Source: an uncultured delta proteobacterium (GTDB lineage Bacteria; Myxococcota_A; UBA9160; UBA4427). Taken from it: 64,000 nucleotides of DNA. The stretch spans positions 512,001 to 576,000 of the forward strand of contig CAWGJT010000006.1 of NCBI GenBank assembly GCA_963822965.1, written 5' to 3'. A model generated the notes under the pieces. It did no database searches and had not been told where the DNA came from. It was given only the letters and a program-made list of their open reading frames with translations. Both the position numbers and the translations under genes were made by a program. Shown here piece after piece: positions 1 to 10,371 of this stretch. Position 1 is the first letter of the stretch, and each line of letters opens with the position of its first letter.

Positions 1-155
1 CGTATGCATGCGGCAGAAGAGACACCGCCAGGGTCGCGTCTCGATCGGTTCGTCGGCCACGTCACACCCTCCCCGCTCCGGCGACCCGGAACCCCGAACC
101 CCGGCGCCGGCCTGGCTAGCGGAGGGAGCCCGCTGGGCTCCTCTTGCTGCGGAAC

Positions 156-184
156 CGCGACCCGAGATTTCATCTTGGGTCGCG
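156..184. terminator. Stem-loop immediately downstream of copA (possible terminator or stabilising hairpin)
   Basis: CGCGACCCGAGAT-TTC-ATCTTGGGTCGCG, 13-bp stem with one mismatch, 3 nt past the copA stop; no clear U-tract. Confidence 0.35.
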
Positions 185-187
185 CTC

Positions 188-2539
188 CTAGATCTCGACC
201 CCGCGCAGCCGGAGCGCGTTTCCGATCACCGAGACCGAGCTCAGGCTCATCGCCGCGGCCGCGATCATCGGATTGAGCAGGATGCCCAGCTCGGGATACA
301 GCACGCCTGCGGCCAGGGGGACGCCGAGCGCGTTGTAGACGAACGCGAAGAACAGGTTCTGGCGGATGTTGGACATCGTGAGATGGCTCAGGCGACGAGC
401 CCGCAGGATGCCCCGCAAGTCGCCCCGCACCAGGGTGACCCCGGCACTCTCCATGGCCACGTCCGTACCGGTGCCCATGGCGATCCCCACGTGGGCCTGC
501 GCGAGGGCCGGCGCGTCGTTGACGCCGTCTCCGGCCATCGCGACGACGCGCCCCTCGGCCTGGAGCCTTCGCACGGCCTCCCTCTTCTGCTCCGGCAGGA
601 CGTCCGCCATCACTTCGTCGAGCCCGAGCCGCTTCGCCACGGCCAGGGCGGTGGTCCGGTTGTCGCCCGTCATCACGACGACGCGGATGCCCTCCCGGTG
701 GAGACCTTCCACCGCGTCGGGCGTCGACTCCTTGATCGGGTCCGCCACCCCCAAGAGCCCGGCGAGGACGCCGTCCACGGCCAGGAACATCACGGTCTGG
801 GCCTCGGCCCGCATCCCCTCCGCCGCCTCCGCGAGTGCGCCGACCTCGGTACCGAGCTCCTCCATGAGCTTCCGGTTGCCGATCCCCACCTCGCGCCCGC
901 CCATGCGGCCGACGACGCCCCGACCCGTTCGCGAGTCGAAGTCCGTGGCGTCCGCGAGCGCCACCTGGCGGTCGGCGGCCCCCGCCACGATGGCCTGGGC
1001 CAGGGGATGCTCGCTGGCGCGCTCGAGCGAAGCCGAGAGCCGCAGCACCTCGTCCTCCACGAAGCCCTCCGCGGGCACGATCCCGACGAGCCGCGGCCTG
1101 CCCTCCGTGAGCGTTCCCGTCTTGTCGACGACGAGGGTGTCCACGTCTCGCAGGAGCTCGATGGCCTCCGCGTTCCGGAACAGCACACCCACCGTCGCCG
1201 CCTTCCCCGTCGCGACCATGATCGACATGGGCGTCGCCAGGCCCAGCGCACAGGGGCACGCGATGATGAGAACGGCCACGGCGTTGATGAGGGCGTACGC
1301 CATCCGGGGCTCGGGGCCGTAGACGGCCCAGACGATGAACGTCCCGACCGAGATGCCGATCACCGTCGGCACGAAGTACCCCGCCACCACGTCCGCGAGC
1401 CGCTGGATGGGCGCACGACTCCGCTGGGCGTCGGCCACCATCTGGACGATCCGGGCGAGGAGGGTCTCGGAGCCGACCCGCTCGGCGCGGATGAGAAGCG
1501 AGCCCGTGCCGTTCACCGTGGCCCCGGTCACGTCGTCGCCCTCGCGCTTCGTGACCGGAATGGGCTCGCCGGTGATCATCGACTCGTCGATGGCGCTCCC
1601 GCCCTCGAGAACGATCCCGTCGACCGGCACCTTCTCACCGGGCCGAACGCGCAGGCGGTCGCCCACGACCACGGCGTCGAGCGGGACGTCCTCCTCCGAC
1701 CCGTCGTCGTTCACGCGGCGCGCCGTCTTGGGCGCGAGCCCGAGCAGCGCGCGGATCGCCGCGCCCGTCTGGCTGCGCGCCCGCAGCTCGAGCACCTGTC
1801 CCAGCAGCACCAGGGTGACGATCACCGCCGCAGCCTCGAAGTAGACGGCCACCTGGCCGTCGGGGCCGCGGAACGAGTCGGGAAAGGCTCCCGGAAGCAG
1901 CGCCGCGAACGTGCTGTAGAGCCAAGAGGTCCCGGTCCCGACGGCGATCAGCGTGAACATGTTGAGGTGGAGCGAGCGAAGGGATGCCCAGCCCCGGACG
2001 AAGAACGGCCAACCGCCCCAGAGGACGACCGGCGTCCCCAGTCCGAGCTGCACCCAAACCAGGGTCCGCGACGAGAAGCGGGCCGCCAGGTCGACCCCGG
2101 GCACCATCTCGGACATCGCGATCCCGAACACCGGAAGCGTCAGGAGCAGGCTGAACCAGAAGCGCCGCGTCATGTCCGCGAGCTCGGGGTTCTCCGCCTC
2201 CTCCTCGCCGAGGCCCATCGGCTCCAGGGCCATGCCGCAGATCGGGCACGGGCCGGGCTCGTCCCGCACGATCTCGGGGTGCATGGGGCAGGTCCAACGG
2301 GAGACGCCCGCGGACGTCCCCGCAGATTCGGGTGCGCTCGACTCTCGGGAGCCTTCGCCCAGGAAGTGCTCGGGATCGGTTCGGAACCGGGACAGGCAGC
2401 CTTCCGAGCAGAAGTGGTAGGTCGTTCCGGCATGCGCGTGCTGGTGCGGACCGGACGGGTCGACCGACATTCCACATACCGGATCGCGCGCCGCGTCTGT
2501 AGGGGACTTCACACGAGCAGCCTCCGATGTCGAGCCCAT
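188..2539 (-). CDS. copA: Cu(I)/Ag(I)-translocating P1B-type ATPase with N-terminal YHS and heavy-metal-binding domains
   Basis: DPVCGM...FCSEGC (YHS), WTCPMHPEI...[13 protein letters not shown] motif (ITGEP), transmembrane CPC, DKTGT phosphorylation site, [15 protein letters not shown] and MSLSS Cu(I) ligands. Confidence 0.95.
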   Translation of the reverse strand: MGSTSEAARVKSPTDAARDPVCGMSVDPSGPHQHAHAGTTYHFCSEGCLSRFRTDPEHFLGEGSRESSAPESAGTSAGVSRWTCPMHPEIVRDEPGPCPICGMALEPMGLGEEEAENPELADMTRRFWFSLLLTLPVFGIAMSEMVPGVDLAARFSSRTLVWVQLGLGTPVVLWGGWPFFVRGWASLRSLHLNMFTLIAVGTGTSWLYSTFAALLPGAFPDSFRGPDGQVAVYFEAAAVIVTLVLLGQVLELRARSQTGAAIRALLGLAPKTARRVNDDGSEEDVPLDAVVVGDRLRVRPGEKVPVDGIVLEGGSAIDESMITGEPIPVTKREGDDVTGATVNGTGSLLIRAERVGSETLLARIVQMVADAQRSRAPIQRLADVVAGYFVPTVIGISVGTFIVWAVYGPEPRMAYALINAVAVLIIACPCALGLATPMSIMVATGKAATVGVLFRNAEAIELLRDVDTLVVDKTGTLTEGRPRLVGIVPAEGFVEDEVLRLSASLERASEHPLAQAIVAGAADRQVALADATDFDSRTGRGVVGRMGGREVGIGNRKLMEELGTEVGALAEAAEGMRAEAQTVMFLAVDGVLAGLLGVADPIKESTPDAVEGLHREGIRVVVMTGDNRTTALAVAKRLGLDEVMADVLPEQKREAVRRLQAEGRVVAMAGDGVNDAPALAQAHVGIAMGTGTDVAMESAGVTLVRGDLRGILRARRLSHLTMSNIRQNLFFAFVYNALGVPLAAGVLYPELGILLNPMIAAAAMSLSSVSVIGNALRLRGVEI

Positions 2540-2542
2540 CGT

Positions 2543-3271
2543 TCAGATCTCCCTCGCCCCGAGAGCGAGCAGCGAACGGAGCCGGATGCCAACTGCCACG
2601 CCCGCATACGCACCGCCGCCGGTGCCCACGAGCCAGCCCAGAAAGACGCCCCAGGACGTCCCCACGGACTGCAGGGCGACGCCGGGAGAGAGGAGCAGCA
2701 GCAGCATCGCCGCCGGGAGCAGCGGACGAACGGAGGACCGCGCTCCGCCACCCAGCCCGACGAATGCCGCGACGGCCCCGAAGAACAGTGACGTGAAGAT
2801 GCCGAAGCACAGCGCGCTCAGCGGGGGCCCGCCGATCGATTCGAGCTCGAGGCCCGCGAGCGTCACCGACCACCAGCGCAGGAAGTGCTGATCGGGGCAC
2901 ACCGCGCCGCAGATCCCCGCGAGCCCCAACCCGAGGACACCGACGCAGGCCGCGCGGGCGAGGGGAAGCGATGGCGTCCTCACCCCCAGGAAGACGAGGG
3001 ACAGGCTCACCACGAGGAGCCCGGCCCACACCGACGCGAAGACCGAGACGTGCCAGGGTGCATGGTGGCCGAAGGGGTGGCCGGAGACCATCAGGGTGGC
3101 ACCCACGGCGCCCACGATCCCGACCCCGCCCGCACCCGCGAGAAGGCGCGCCGTGCGCCCTCCGCGCAGATCGACGTCGTGCTGGATCGAGGCGAGGATC
3201 CCCGAACGGACGCCTTCTCGCAGCTCCGCGGACGTGCGCCCCGACTCTACCGTTTCTCCCATCATAGCCAT
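2543..3271 (-). CDS. Polytopic membrane protein, probable Cys-containing anti-sigma factor (NrsF/DUF1109-like architecture)
   Basis: About 6 hydrophobic segments, CGAVCPDQH motif plus two further Cys, lies directly downstream of an ECF sigma gene; ATG at 3271 with GGGGAG SD. Confidence 0.6.
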   Translation of the reverse strand: MAMMGETVESGRTSAELREGVRSGILASIQHDVDLRGGRTARLLAGAGGVGIVGAVGATLMVSGHPFGHHAPWHVSVFASVWAGLLVVSLSLVFLGVRTPSLPLARAACVGVLGLGLAGICGAVCPDQHFLRWWSVTLAGLELESIGGPPLSALCFGIFTSLFFGAVAAFVGLGGGARSSVRPLLPAAMLLLLLSPGVALQSVGTSWGVFLGWLVGTGGGAYAGVAVGIRLRSLLALGAREI

Positions 3272-3281
3272 CTCTCCCCAC

Positions 3282-3833
3282 CTACCCGTCGTGAATCCCC
3301 TCGGCCGGGCACGCACCATCTCGTAGCCGCCGCATGGCGCGGGACGCCATCTTCCTCACGGCAACGACCGACCGACCCAGGTCCTCGGCGAGGTCCGGGT
3401 ACCCGACGCCTCCGACCTTCGCGGTGACGAGCACGTAGCGCTCTTCCGGAGACAGGCCCTCGAGGAGCCGAGCCACCTGCTCGCGAAGCGCCAGCCGCTC
3501 TTCGCTGCCCTGCACGTCCCCCGGCGATTCCGACTCCTGGAGGGGAACTTCCTGGGCGCGGAATGCGCGACGCGCGTCATCGACCAGCAGTCGATAGGCG
3601 ATCTGGAAGAACCATGGCGTGAAGGGCCGGCTGGCGTCGTAGTCGTGGCGCGCGCGATGGATGCGGAGGAAGAGAAGCTGATAGAGATCTTCGGCGCGCT
3701 CCGGCGAGCTGGTCCGCTTCAGGAAGTATGCGTAGGCCCGGAGCTCGTAGCGCCGAAAGAGCTCTTCGAACGCCCGCGCATCGCCGTCCGCGTAGCGAGA
3801 CATCAGGGTCTCGTCCCTCACGGTGCGCCACAT
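3282..3833 (-). CDS. ECF-family RNA polymerase sigma-70 factor
   Basis: Region 2 (DARAFEELFRRY...AEDLYQ...FTPWFFQIAYRLLVDDARR) and region 4 HTH (LSPEERYVL...YPDLAEDLGRSVVAVRKMASRA); start moved to ATG 3833 (GGAAGGA SD, promoter motif just upstream). Confidence 0.9.
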   Translation of the reverse strand: MWRTVRDETLMSRYADGDARAFEELFRRYELRAYAYFLKRTSSPERAEDLYQLLFLRIHRARHDYDASRPFTPWFFQIAYRLLVDDARRAFRAQEVPLQESESPGDVQGSEERLALREQVARLLEGLSPEERYVLVTAKVGGVGYPDLAEDLGRSVVAVRKMASRAMRRLRDGACPAEGIHDG

Positions 3834-3867
3834 CTGTCCTTCCCCCCTCGGAGGTCGACTCCAGACC

Positions 3868-3894
3868 ATACGTGCTGGCGGCGCCAATGGTGAC
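3868..3894 (-). promoter_or_regulatory. Putative ECF promoter (autoregulatory), GTCAC-N17-CGTAT
   Basis: Minus strand GTCAC CATTGGCGCCGCCAGCA CGTAT, ending 34 nt before the sigma ATG; same motif and spacing at 13177-13203 and 13319-13345. Confidence 0.7.
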
Positions 3895-4009
3895 GCCGGG
3901 TCCCCGACCCGAGGAGAGGACGAACGCGCGGACGGCTCGGGTCGATCGGGCTCGGAGCTCTCTGTCATCTCGGCTCTCCTCTTCGGGTCCACGCGACTCG
4001 ACCGCTCCT

Positions 4010-6469
4010 CTACGCGCGCGACGCCTCGGGAAGAACCTCCTGCCGAGCGGGCTCGGCCTCCTCGACCGGCGTCACCGGCATGGCGCGCGGCCCGCCGCCG
4101 GGCTCGAGCCGCAGCAGCTCGCCTTCGTGCTCGATCTCGAGCGGTTCTCCCTCGAGCAGCTCGTAGGTCGCGCGCTCCTGCCCGAGATCGACCTCGAAGA
4201 GCGAGCCGCGCACCCGCAGGCGGAAGCGCAGGCGCCGCCAGCCCCGGGGAAGTACCGGCCGGAAGCGGGGCACTCCCCCATGGTCGCGCAATCCCGCGAA
4301 TCCGTGCACCAGCGTCATCCAGGTGCCGCCCAGGGATGCCACGTGCAGACCGTCGCGGACGTTGCCGCCGACGTCGCCCAGGTCCATGGCGACGGCGTCA
4401 GCGAAGTAGCGGCAGGCCCTGTCGCAGTAGCCCAGCTCCGCCGCCACGATGCTCTGGATGCAGACCGAGAGGGAGGAATCGCCGGTCGTCAGGGGATCGT
4501 AGTAGTCGAAGATCCGCTGCTTCTCCTCCCGGCTGAAGTGCTCCCCCAGCAGGAAGGCGGCGAGCACCATGTCCGCCTGCTTGATCACCTGATGGCGATA
4601 GATGACGAGCGGGTGATAGTGGAGGAGGAGCGGGTACTGGTCTGCCGGGGTGCCCTCGAAGTCCCAGGGCTCCCGGTCGAGGAATCCGTCGTCCTGGAGG
4701 TGCACCCCCGCCTCGTCGTCGTAGGGCAGGTACATCCGATCGGCGGCACGCCCCCATTCGTCGAGCTCCGAGAGGTCGAGCGCGGTCGACTCGACGAGAC
4801 GCGCATACGCGTCCGGCGCCCGCTCTCGCAGCAGCTCCACCGCACCGATGGCGATCCGCAGGTTCTCCTGGGCCATGAGGTTCGTGTACGCGTTGTTGTT
4901 CACCACGGTGTTGTACTCGTCGGGGCCCGTCACGCCGTTGATGCAGAAGCGCCCGTCCTTTCGCTCCGAGTAGAAGCCGAGATCGGCCCACAGGCGGGCG
5001 GTCTCCACCGCCATCTCCGCGAAGCCGTGCCCGAGGAAATCGAGGTCGCCGGTGAGCTGGGTGTAGCGCTGGGCGGCGAAGACGATGTCCGCGTCGATGT
5101 GGTACTGCGCCGTGCTCGCCGCGTAGTAGGCCGAGGCCTCTTCCCCGTTGATCGTCCGCCAGGGGAAGAGCGCGCCCTTCTGGCCCACCTCCCGGGCGCG
5201 CCGGCGAGCGCTGTCGAGCTGCGCATAGCGGTGCTCGAGCAGGCTCCGCGCCACGTGGGGCCGCGTGTAGAGGAGGAAGGGCAGCAGGTAGATCTCCGTG
5301 TCCCAGAAGTAGTGCCCCTCGTAGCCCAGGCCGGTGAGACCCTTCGCGGGAACGCCGAAGCCCTCGGCCCGTGCCGTGGCCTGCAGGATCTGGAACAGGT
5401 TGAACCGGACCGCTTGCTGCACCTCGGGAGCGTCCTCGACCTGCACGTCGCTCGACCGCCAGAACTCGTCCACCCTGGCGCGCTGCTCGGCCTCGATGCG
5501 CTCGAAGCCGGCCTCGAGGGCCCGATCGAGCGTGCGGTTCGTGCGGAAGCGCAGCTCGCCCGCATCGGCCGTCTCGGAGTGGTGATAGGCCAGCGCCTTG
5601 AAGATCCGGAGCCCCTGGCCCTTCCCGAGCTTGCTGCGAAACACCACACGGCCCCGGTCCTCGAGGCAGTCGGCCTCCTCCACGGACACGTCGGTGTCCG
5701 CGCTCAGCGCGTGGTCCATCGCGCAGGCCATTCGAAGGCCGCTGGCGCGCGTCTCGAGGTTCAGGAGCACGCGCCGATCGCGGGCCCGGTGCTCGGTCGC
5801 CACCAGCGGATGCCCGTCGAGCTGGCTCGGAACACGGGGATCGCCGCTGGACGCGGGGACTTCGTCCGGCGCGACCAGCTCGGAGGAGATCGTGACGTCC
5901 GCCTGTCCGTCGACGACCTCGACCTCGTAGCGAATGCAGACCAGGTGGCGGTGCTCCAGCGACGCGAAGCGGCGCGAACGCACGACGAGCCGCTTGCGGT
6001 CGAACGTCTCGAAGACCACCTCGCGGTCGAGGGTGCCAGCCCGCAGATCGAGCGAGCGCTCGAAGGAGACGATCCGCGCCGTGCCGAGATCGAAGGGATC
6101 GTCGTCGACGTAGAGCTTGAGGAGCGTTCCGTCCGGCACGCAGAGCATGGTCTGCCCGCGCTTCGCGAAGCCATGGGCCTCCTCGCCGTAGACGATCGGC
6201 CAGGTCTCGTAGAAGCCGTTCAGATAGGTCCCGCGCTCGCGCACCGGAAGGCCCTCCTCCGGCGTCGCGCGGATTCCCAGGTAGCCGTTGCTCGTGGTGA
6301 AGAGCGCCTCGAACTGCGCCAGGAAGCGGGGCACGAAGCCGCGCTCCACGATCCGCCACGGCTCGATCGGGTAGACCTCCGGCGGAGGGAGGAGCCGGCG
6401 GCGCGAGTTCACCTGGGCCACGAGCGAGCGGGTGTCGGCGGCCGATCCGGCCGGCTCGCGGTCGCTCAC
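4010..6469 (-). CDS. Glycoside hydrolase family 65 disaccharide phosphorylase (trehalose/kojibiose/maltose phosphorylase-like)
   Basis: SNGYLGIR, KGLTGLGYEGHYFWDTE, GALFPWRTINGEE, GVTGPDEY (catalytic Glu), KQAD, DSSLS motifs; GTG start overlaps the beta-PGM stop (GTGA). Confidence 0.92.
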   Translation of the reverse strand: MSDREPAGSAADTRSLVAQVNSRRRLLPPPEVYPIEPWRIVERGFVPRFLAQFEALFTTSNGYLGIRATPEEGLPVRERGTYLNGFYETWPIVYGEEAHGFAKRGQTMLCVPDGTLLKLYVDDDPFDLGTARIVSFERSLDLRAGTLDREVVFETFDRKRLVVRSRRFASLEHRHLVCIRYEVEVVDGQADVTISSELVAPDEVPASSGDPRVPSQLDGHPLVATEHRARDRRVLLNLETRASGLRMACAMDHALSADTDVSVEEADCLEDRGRVVFRSKLGKGQGLRIFKALAYHHSETADAGELRFRTNRTLDRALEAGFERIEAEQRARVDEFWRSSDVQVEDAPEVQQAVRFNLFQILQATARAEGFGVPAKGLTGLGYEGHYFWDTEIYLLPFLLYTRPHVARSLLEHRYAQLDSARRRAREVGQKGALFPWRTINGEEASAYYAASTAQYHIDADIVFAAQRYTQLTGDLDFLGHGFAEMAVETARLWADLGFYSERKDGRFCINGVTGPDEYNTVVNNNAYTNLMAQENLRIAIGAVELLRERAPDAYARLVESTALDLSELDEWGRAADRMYLPYDDEAGVHLQDDGFLDREPWDFEGTPADQYPLLLHYHPLVIYRHQVIKQADMVLAAFLLGEHFSREEKQRIFDYYDPLTTGDSSLSVCIQSIVAAELGYCDRACRYFADAVAMDLGDVGGNVRDGLHVASLGGTWMTLVHGFAGLRDHGGVPRFRPVLPRGWRRLRFRLRVRGSLFEVDLGQERATYELLEGEPLEIEHEGELLRLEPGGGPRAMPVTPVEEAEPARQEVLPEASRA

Positions 6470-7242
6470 GGGAGGAGCTCCGCCAGATCGGCGACCGCGA
6501 CGTCCGCGCCGGCGCCGGCCAGCTCCCCGGCATTCCCGTGGCGCGCCACGCCCACCACGAGACCGAAGCGGCCGGCTCGGCCGGCCGCCACGCCCGAGAG
6601 GGCGTCCTCGACGACGACGGCCCGCGCGGGCTTCACACCGAGCAGGCGAGCCGCCTCGAGAAACACGTCCGGAGCCGGCTTGCCGGCCAGGCCCAGGCGA
6701 TCGGCCGTCTGCCCGTCCACGCGCGCGTCGAAGAGGTCCTCCAGACCCGCCGCTCGCAGGACCTCCAGACAGTGATGACTCGACGAGACGATGGCGATCC
6801 GAAGCCCCTCGTCGCGCAGGTACTGAATCCAACGAACGGTGCCGGGATACACCTGCACCCCCTTCCTCTGCAATGCCTCCGTGAAGAACGCGTCCTTGCG
6901 CCTTGCGACACCCGCGATCGATTCCTCGCTCTCGGCCGCATCCGCGGACCCTTCCGGAAGCTCGATGCCGCGGGAGTCCAGGAAGTCGCGCACGCCGTCC
7001 CGTCGCGCCTTTCCGTCCACGTAGCGGCGGTAGTCGGCCTCGAGATCGAAGGGCTCGAAGCGAGCGCCACGCGCCCTCGCCCGCCGTTCGAGGAGCTCGT
7101 CGAACACCTGCTTCCAGCAGCGCGCGTGGACCCCTGCGGTGTCGGTCACCACTCCGTCGAGGTCGAAGAGTACGGCGTCGAACGACGCGGCGGAGACGCG
7201 CTCGACGCGCAGAGAGCGGCTTCGTCCGTCAGGACGGGGCAT
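6466..7242 (-). CDS. pgmB: Beta-phosphoglucomutase-family HAD hydrolase
   Basis: FDLDGVVTDTA (HAD motif I), VSSS, GKPAPD, VVEDA; usual partner of GH65 phosphorylases; start overlaps the cusA 3' end. Confidence 0.85.
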   Translation of the reverse strand: MPRPDGRSRSLRVERVSAASFDAVLFDLDGVVTDTAGVHARCWKQVFDELLERRARARGARFEPFDLEADYRRYVDGKARRDGVRDFLDSRGIELPEGSADAAESEESIAGVARRKDAFFTEALQRKGVQVYPGTVRWIQYLRDEGLRIAIVSSSHHCLEVLRAAGLEDLFDARVDGQTADRLGLAGKPAPDVFLEAARLLGVKPARAVVVEDALSGVAAGRAGRFGLVVGVARHGNAGELAGAGADVAVADLAELLP

Positions 7243-10200
7243 CTTGGGTCTTCTCCTCGCGCCGCAGCTGCCAGGCGCGCCAGATCTCGTAGACGACGGG
7301 CAGGATCACCAGCGCCAGGACCGTAGCGGAGACCATCCCCCCCACCATCGGCGCGGCGATGCGCTTCATCACGCGGGCGCCCGTATCGTTGCTCCACATG
7401 ATCGGCAGCAGGCCAGCGATCACGGCGGTCGCCGTCATCACGATGGGGCGCACCCGCTCGCCGGCTCCCGCCATCACCGCCTCGTAGAGCTCCTCCTTGC
7501 CCAGACGCTTCCCGCTCGCCCGCCGGGCCTCGAAGGCGTGGTCCAGGTAGAGGATCATGACCACGCCGATCTCGGTGGCGACACCCGCAAGCGCGATGAA
7601 GCCGACCATCACGGCCACGCTCATGTTGTAGCCGAGCAGCCACATGAACCAGATCCCACCGATGACCGCGAAGGGCAACGCGAGCATCACGATGAACACC
7701 TCCACCACGCTGCGGAAGTTCAGGTAGAGCAGCAGGAAGATGATGAGGAGCGTGATCGGCACGACCACCTTGAGCCGGGCGTTCGCCTCCTGGATGTACT
7801 GGTACTGTCCGCTCCACTGCACCGTATAGCCGGCCGGAAGCGTCACTGCCGACGCCACCGCCTGCTTCGCGCGCTCCACGTAGGTCCCGACGTCCTGGTC
7901 CGGGTCGATGTCGACGTAGATCCAGGCCTGGGGCTGGGCTCCCTCCGTCTTGATGGCCGGAGGCCCCATGCGCGGGAAGATCTCCGCAACCTGGCCGAGG
8001 GGCACCTGCGCTCCGGTCGGGGTCGCCAGCAGCACGCGGCGCAGCGACTCGGGGCTCTGCCGCAGCTCGCGCGCATAGCGAACATTGAGCGGATAGCGCT
8101 CGAGCCCCTCGATGATCGTCGTCACGTTCATACCCCCGATCGCCGACTGGATCACGTCCAGGACGTCCTGCACCGTGAGCCCGTAGCGGGCCGCCTCCAT
8201 CCGGTTGACCACGAACGACATGTAGTAGCCGCCCGCCACCCGCTCGGCGTACACGCTCCGCGTGCCGGCCAGATCCCGCACCAGGGGCTCCACCTGCCTC
8301 CCCAGATCGTCGAGGACGGCGAGATCGGGGCCCGTCAGCTTGATCCCGACCGGCGTCTTGATGCCGGTGGAGAGCATGTCGATGCGCGTCTTGATCGGGA
8401 AGGTCCAGGCGTTCGTGAGACCCGGGAAATGGATCAGAGCGTTGAGCTCCTCCGTGAGCTTCTCGATCGTCATGCCCGGCCGCCACTCCTCTTCCGGCTT
8501 CAGCACCACGGTCGTCTCGAGCATCGAGAGCGGCGCGGGATCGAGTGGCGTTCGCGCGCGACCGACCTTGGCGAGCGCGTGCTTCACCTCGGGAACCGTC
8601 ATGATCAGCTGGTTCGTCTGCTGCGCGACCGCCTGTGCCTCGCCGATCGAGACGCCGGGCAGCAGGGACGGCATGTAGAGGAGATCGCCCTCGTTGAGTG
8701 GGGGGATGAACTCGGACCCGAGGCGCGTGTAGGGCACCATCGTCACCGCCAGGATGGCGAGGGCCACGCCCAGTACGATCCAGCGCAGCCGTAGAGCCCA
8801 GTGCAGCACGGGGCGGTAGGCCCAGACGAGGAAGCGGTTGATGGGGTTGCGCGCCTCGGGAAGGATGCGTCCGCGAATCAGGTAGCCCATCAGCACGGGC
8901 ACCACCGTGATCGAGAGGACGGCGGCCGCGGCCATGGAGTAGGTCTTGGTGAACGCGAGCGGCGAGAACATCCGACCCGACTGACCCGTGAGCGCAAACA
9001 CCGGGAGGAACGAGACCGCGATGATCGTGAGCGAGAAGAAGAGAGCGGGCCCCACCTCCTTGGTCGAGTCGACGATGATCTCCCAGTGCGGCTTCTTCCC
9101 CCGATCCCGCTCCAGGTGCTTGTGGGCGTTCTCGATCATCACGATGGCGCCATCCACCATGGCTCCGATCGCGATCGCGATTCCGCCCAGCGACATGATG
9201 TTCGCCGCGAGCCCCTGGAAGTACATGATCGCCATGGCGATCAAGATCCCCACCGGCAGCGTGAAGATCGCCACCAGCGCCGAACGCAGGTGGAGCAGGA
9301 ATACCACGCAGACGGCCGCGACGATCAGGCTCTCCTCCAGGAGCTTGCTGCGGAGCATCGCCTGGGCGCGGCCGATCAGTGCCGAACGGTCATAGATGGG
9401 GACGATCTCCACCCCTTCCGGAAGGCCGGGCTTCAGCGACTCGATCTTCTCCTTCACGCGGTCGATCACGGCGAGGGCGTTGTTCCAGTAGCGCATCTCG
9501 ATGATCCCGATCACCACCTCGCCGTCGGCGTCGAGTTGAACGGCGCCTCGTCGGATGTCCGGCCCGAGTCCCACGTCCGCGACGTCGCGCACCAGGATCG
9601 GCGTGCCGTGGTCGTCCACCGCGACCGGGATCTGCTCGATGTCCTGGACGTTCCGGATGTAGCCGACCCCCTCCACCATGTACTCGGCTTCCGCGTACTC
9701 GATGACGCGCCCACCCACGTCGTTGTTGCTGCGCCGGATCGCGTGGACGACCTTGCCGAGCGGCAGGTCGTAGGCGAGCAGCCGGTTGGGGTCGATCGTC
9801 ACCTGGTACTGCTTCACGAAGCCGCCAGCGCTGGCGACGTTCGCGACACCGGGGACGGTCTGGAGCTGGTAGCGAACGAACCAGTCCTGGATGCTCCGCA
9901 GCTCGGAGAGGTCGTGCTTGCCGGAGCGGTCGACCAGGGCGTACTCGAAGACCCAGCCGACGGGCGTCGCGTCCGGTCCCAGCACGGGGGTGACGCCTTC
10001 GGGCAGCTGGTTTTGCACGAAGCTCAGGTACTCGAGCACCCGGCTGCGCGCCCAATAGACGTCGGTGCCGTCGTCGAAGATGACGTACACGAAGGAGAGA
10101 CCGAAGAACGAGTAGCCGCGCACGACCTTGGCGTTCGCCACGGCCAGCATGGTCGTCGTGATCGGATAGGTGACCTGGTCCTCGACGATCTGGGGCGGCT

Positions 10201-10366
10201 GGCCGGGCCATTCGGTGAAGATGATGACCTGGACGTCGCTCACGTCGGGGAGCGCGTCGACGGGAATGTTCCGGAGCGCGTAGATCCCGGTGGCGATGGC
10301 CGCGACGGTGAAGAGGACCACCAGCAGCTGGTTGCGGACCGAGGCGTCGATGATTCTCTGGAGCAC
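7229..10366 (-). CDS. cusA: CusA/SilA heavy-metal efflux RND permease
   Basis: 1045 aa; DALPDVSDVQV, GPDATPVGWVFEYAL, IAIGAMVDGAIVMIEN, LLYMP, RIDMLSTG, RVRPIVMT, CusA-type Met residues. Confidence 0.95.
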   Translation of the reverse strand: MLQRIIDASVRNQLLVVLFTVAAIATGIYALRNIPVDALPDVSDVQVIIFTEWPGQPPQIVEDQVTYPITTTMLAVANAKVVRGYSFFGLSFVYVIFDDGTDVYWARSRVLEYLSFVQNQLPEGVTPVLGPDATPVGWVFEYALVDRSGKHDLSELRSIQDWFVRYQLQTVPGVANVASAGGFVKQYQVTIDPNRLLAYDLPLGKVVHAIRRSNNDVGGRVIEYAEAEYMVEGVGYIRNVQDIEQIPVAVDDHGTPILVRDVADVGLGPDIRRGAVQLDADGEVVIGIIEMRYWNNALAVIDRVKEKIESLKPGLPEGVEIVPIYDRSALIGRAQAMLRSKLLEESLIVAAVCVVFLLHLRSALVAIFTLPVGILIAMAIMYFQGLAANIMSLGGIAIAIGAMVDGAIVMIENAHKHLERDRGKKPHWEIIVDSTKEVGPALFFSLTIIAVSFLPVFALTGQSGRMFSPLAFTKTYSMAAAAVLSITVVPVLMGYLIRGRILPEARNPINRFLVWAYRPVLHWALRLRWIVLGVALAILAVTMVPYTRLGSEFIPPLNEGDLLYMPSLLPGVSIGEAQAVAQQTNQLIMTVPEVKHALAKVGRARTPLDPAPLSMLETTVVLKPEEEWRPGMTIEKLTEELNALIHFPGLTNAWTFPIKTRIDMLSTGIKTPVGIKLTGPDLAVLDDLGRQVEPLVRDLAGTRSVYAERVAGGYYMSFVVNRMEAARYGLTVQDVLDVIQSAIGGMNVTTIIEGLERYPLNVRYARELRQSPESLRRVLLATPTGAQVPLGQVAEIFPRMGPPAIKTEGAQPQAWIYVDIDPDQDVGTYVERAKQAVASAVTLPAGYTVQWSGQYQYIQEANARLKVVVPITLLIIFLLLYLNFRSVVEVFIVMLALPFAVIGGIWFMWLLGYNMSVAVMVGFIALAGVATEIGVVMILYLDHAFEARRASGKRLGKEELYEAVMAGAGERVRPIVMTATAVIAGLLPIMWSNDTGARVMKRIAAPMVGGMVSATVLALVILPVVYEIWRAWQLRREEKTQDAPS

Positions 10367-10371
10367 AGCGA

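Noticed and set aside
8..2791. 927-aa plus-strand ORF and many similar long antisense or alternate-frame ORFs (e.g. 3728-6775, 27942-31364, 36094-39018, 51444-54536)
   Set aside because: Shadow ORFs of real genes: stop codons are rare at this GC content, and the translations are Arg/Pro/Gly-rich with no motifs
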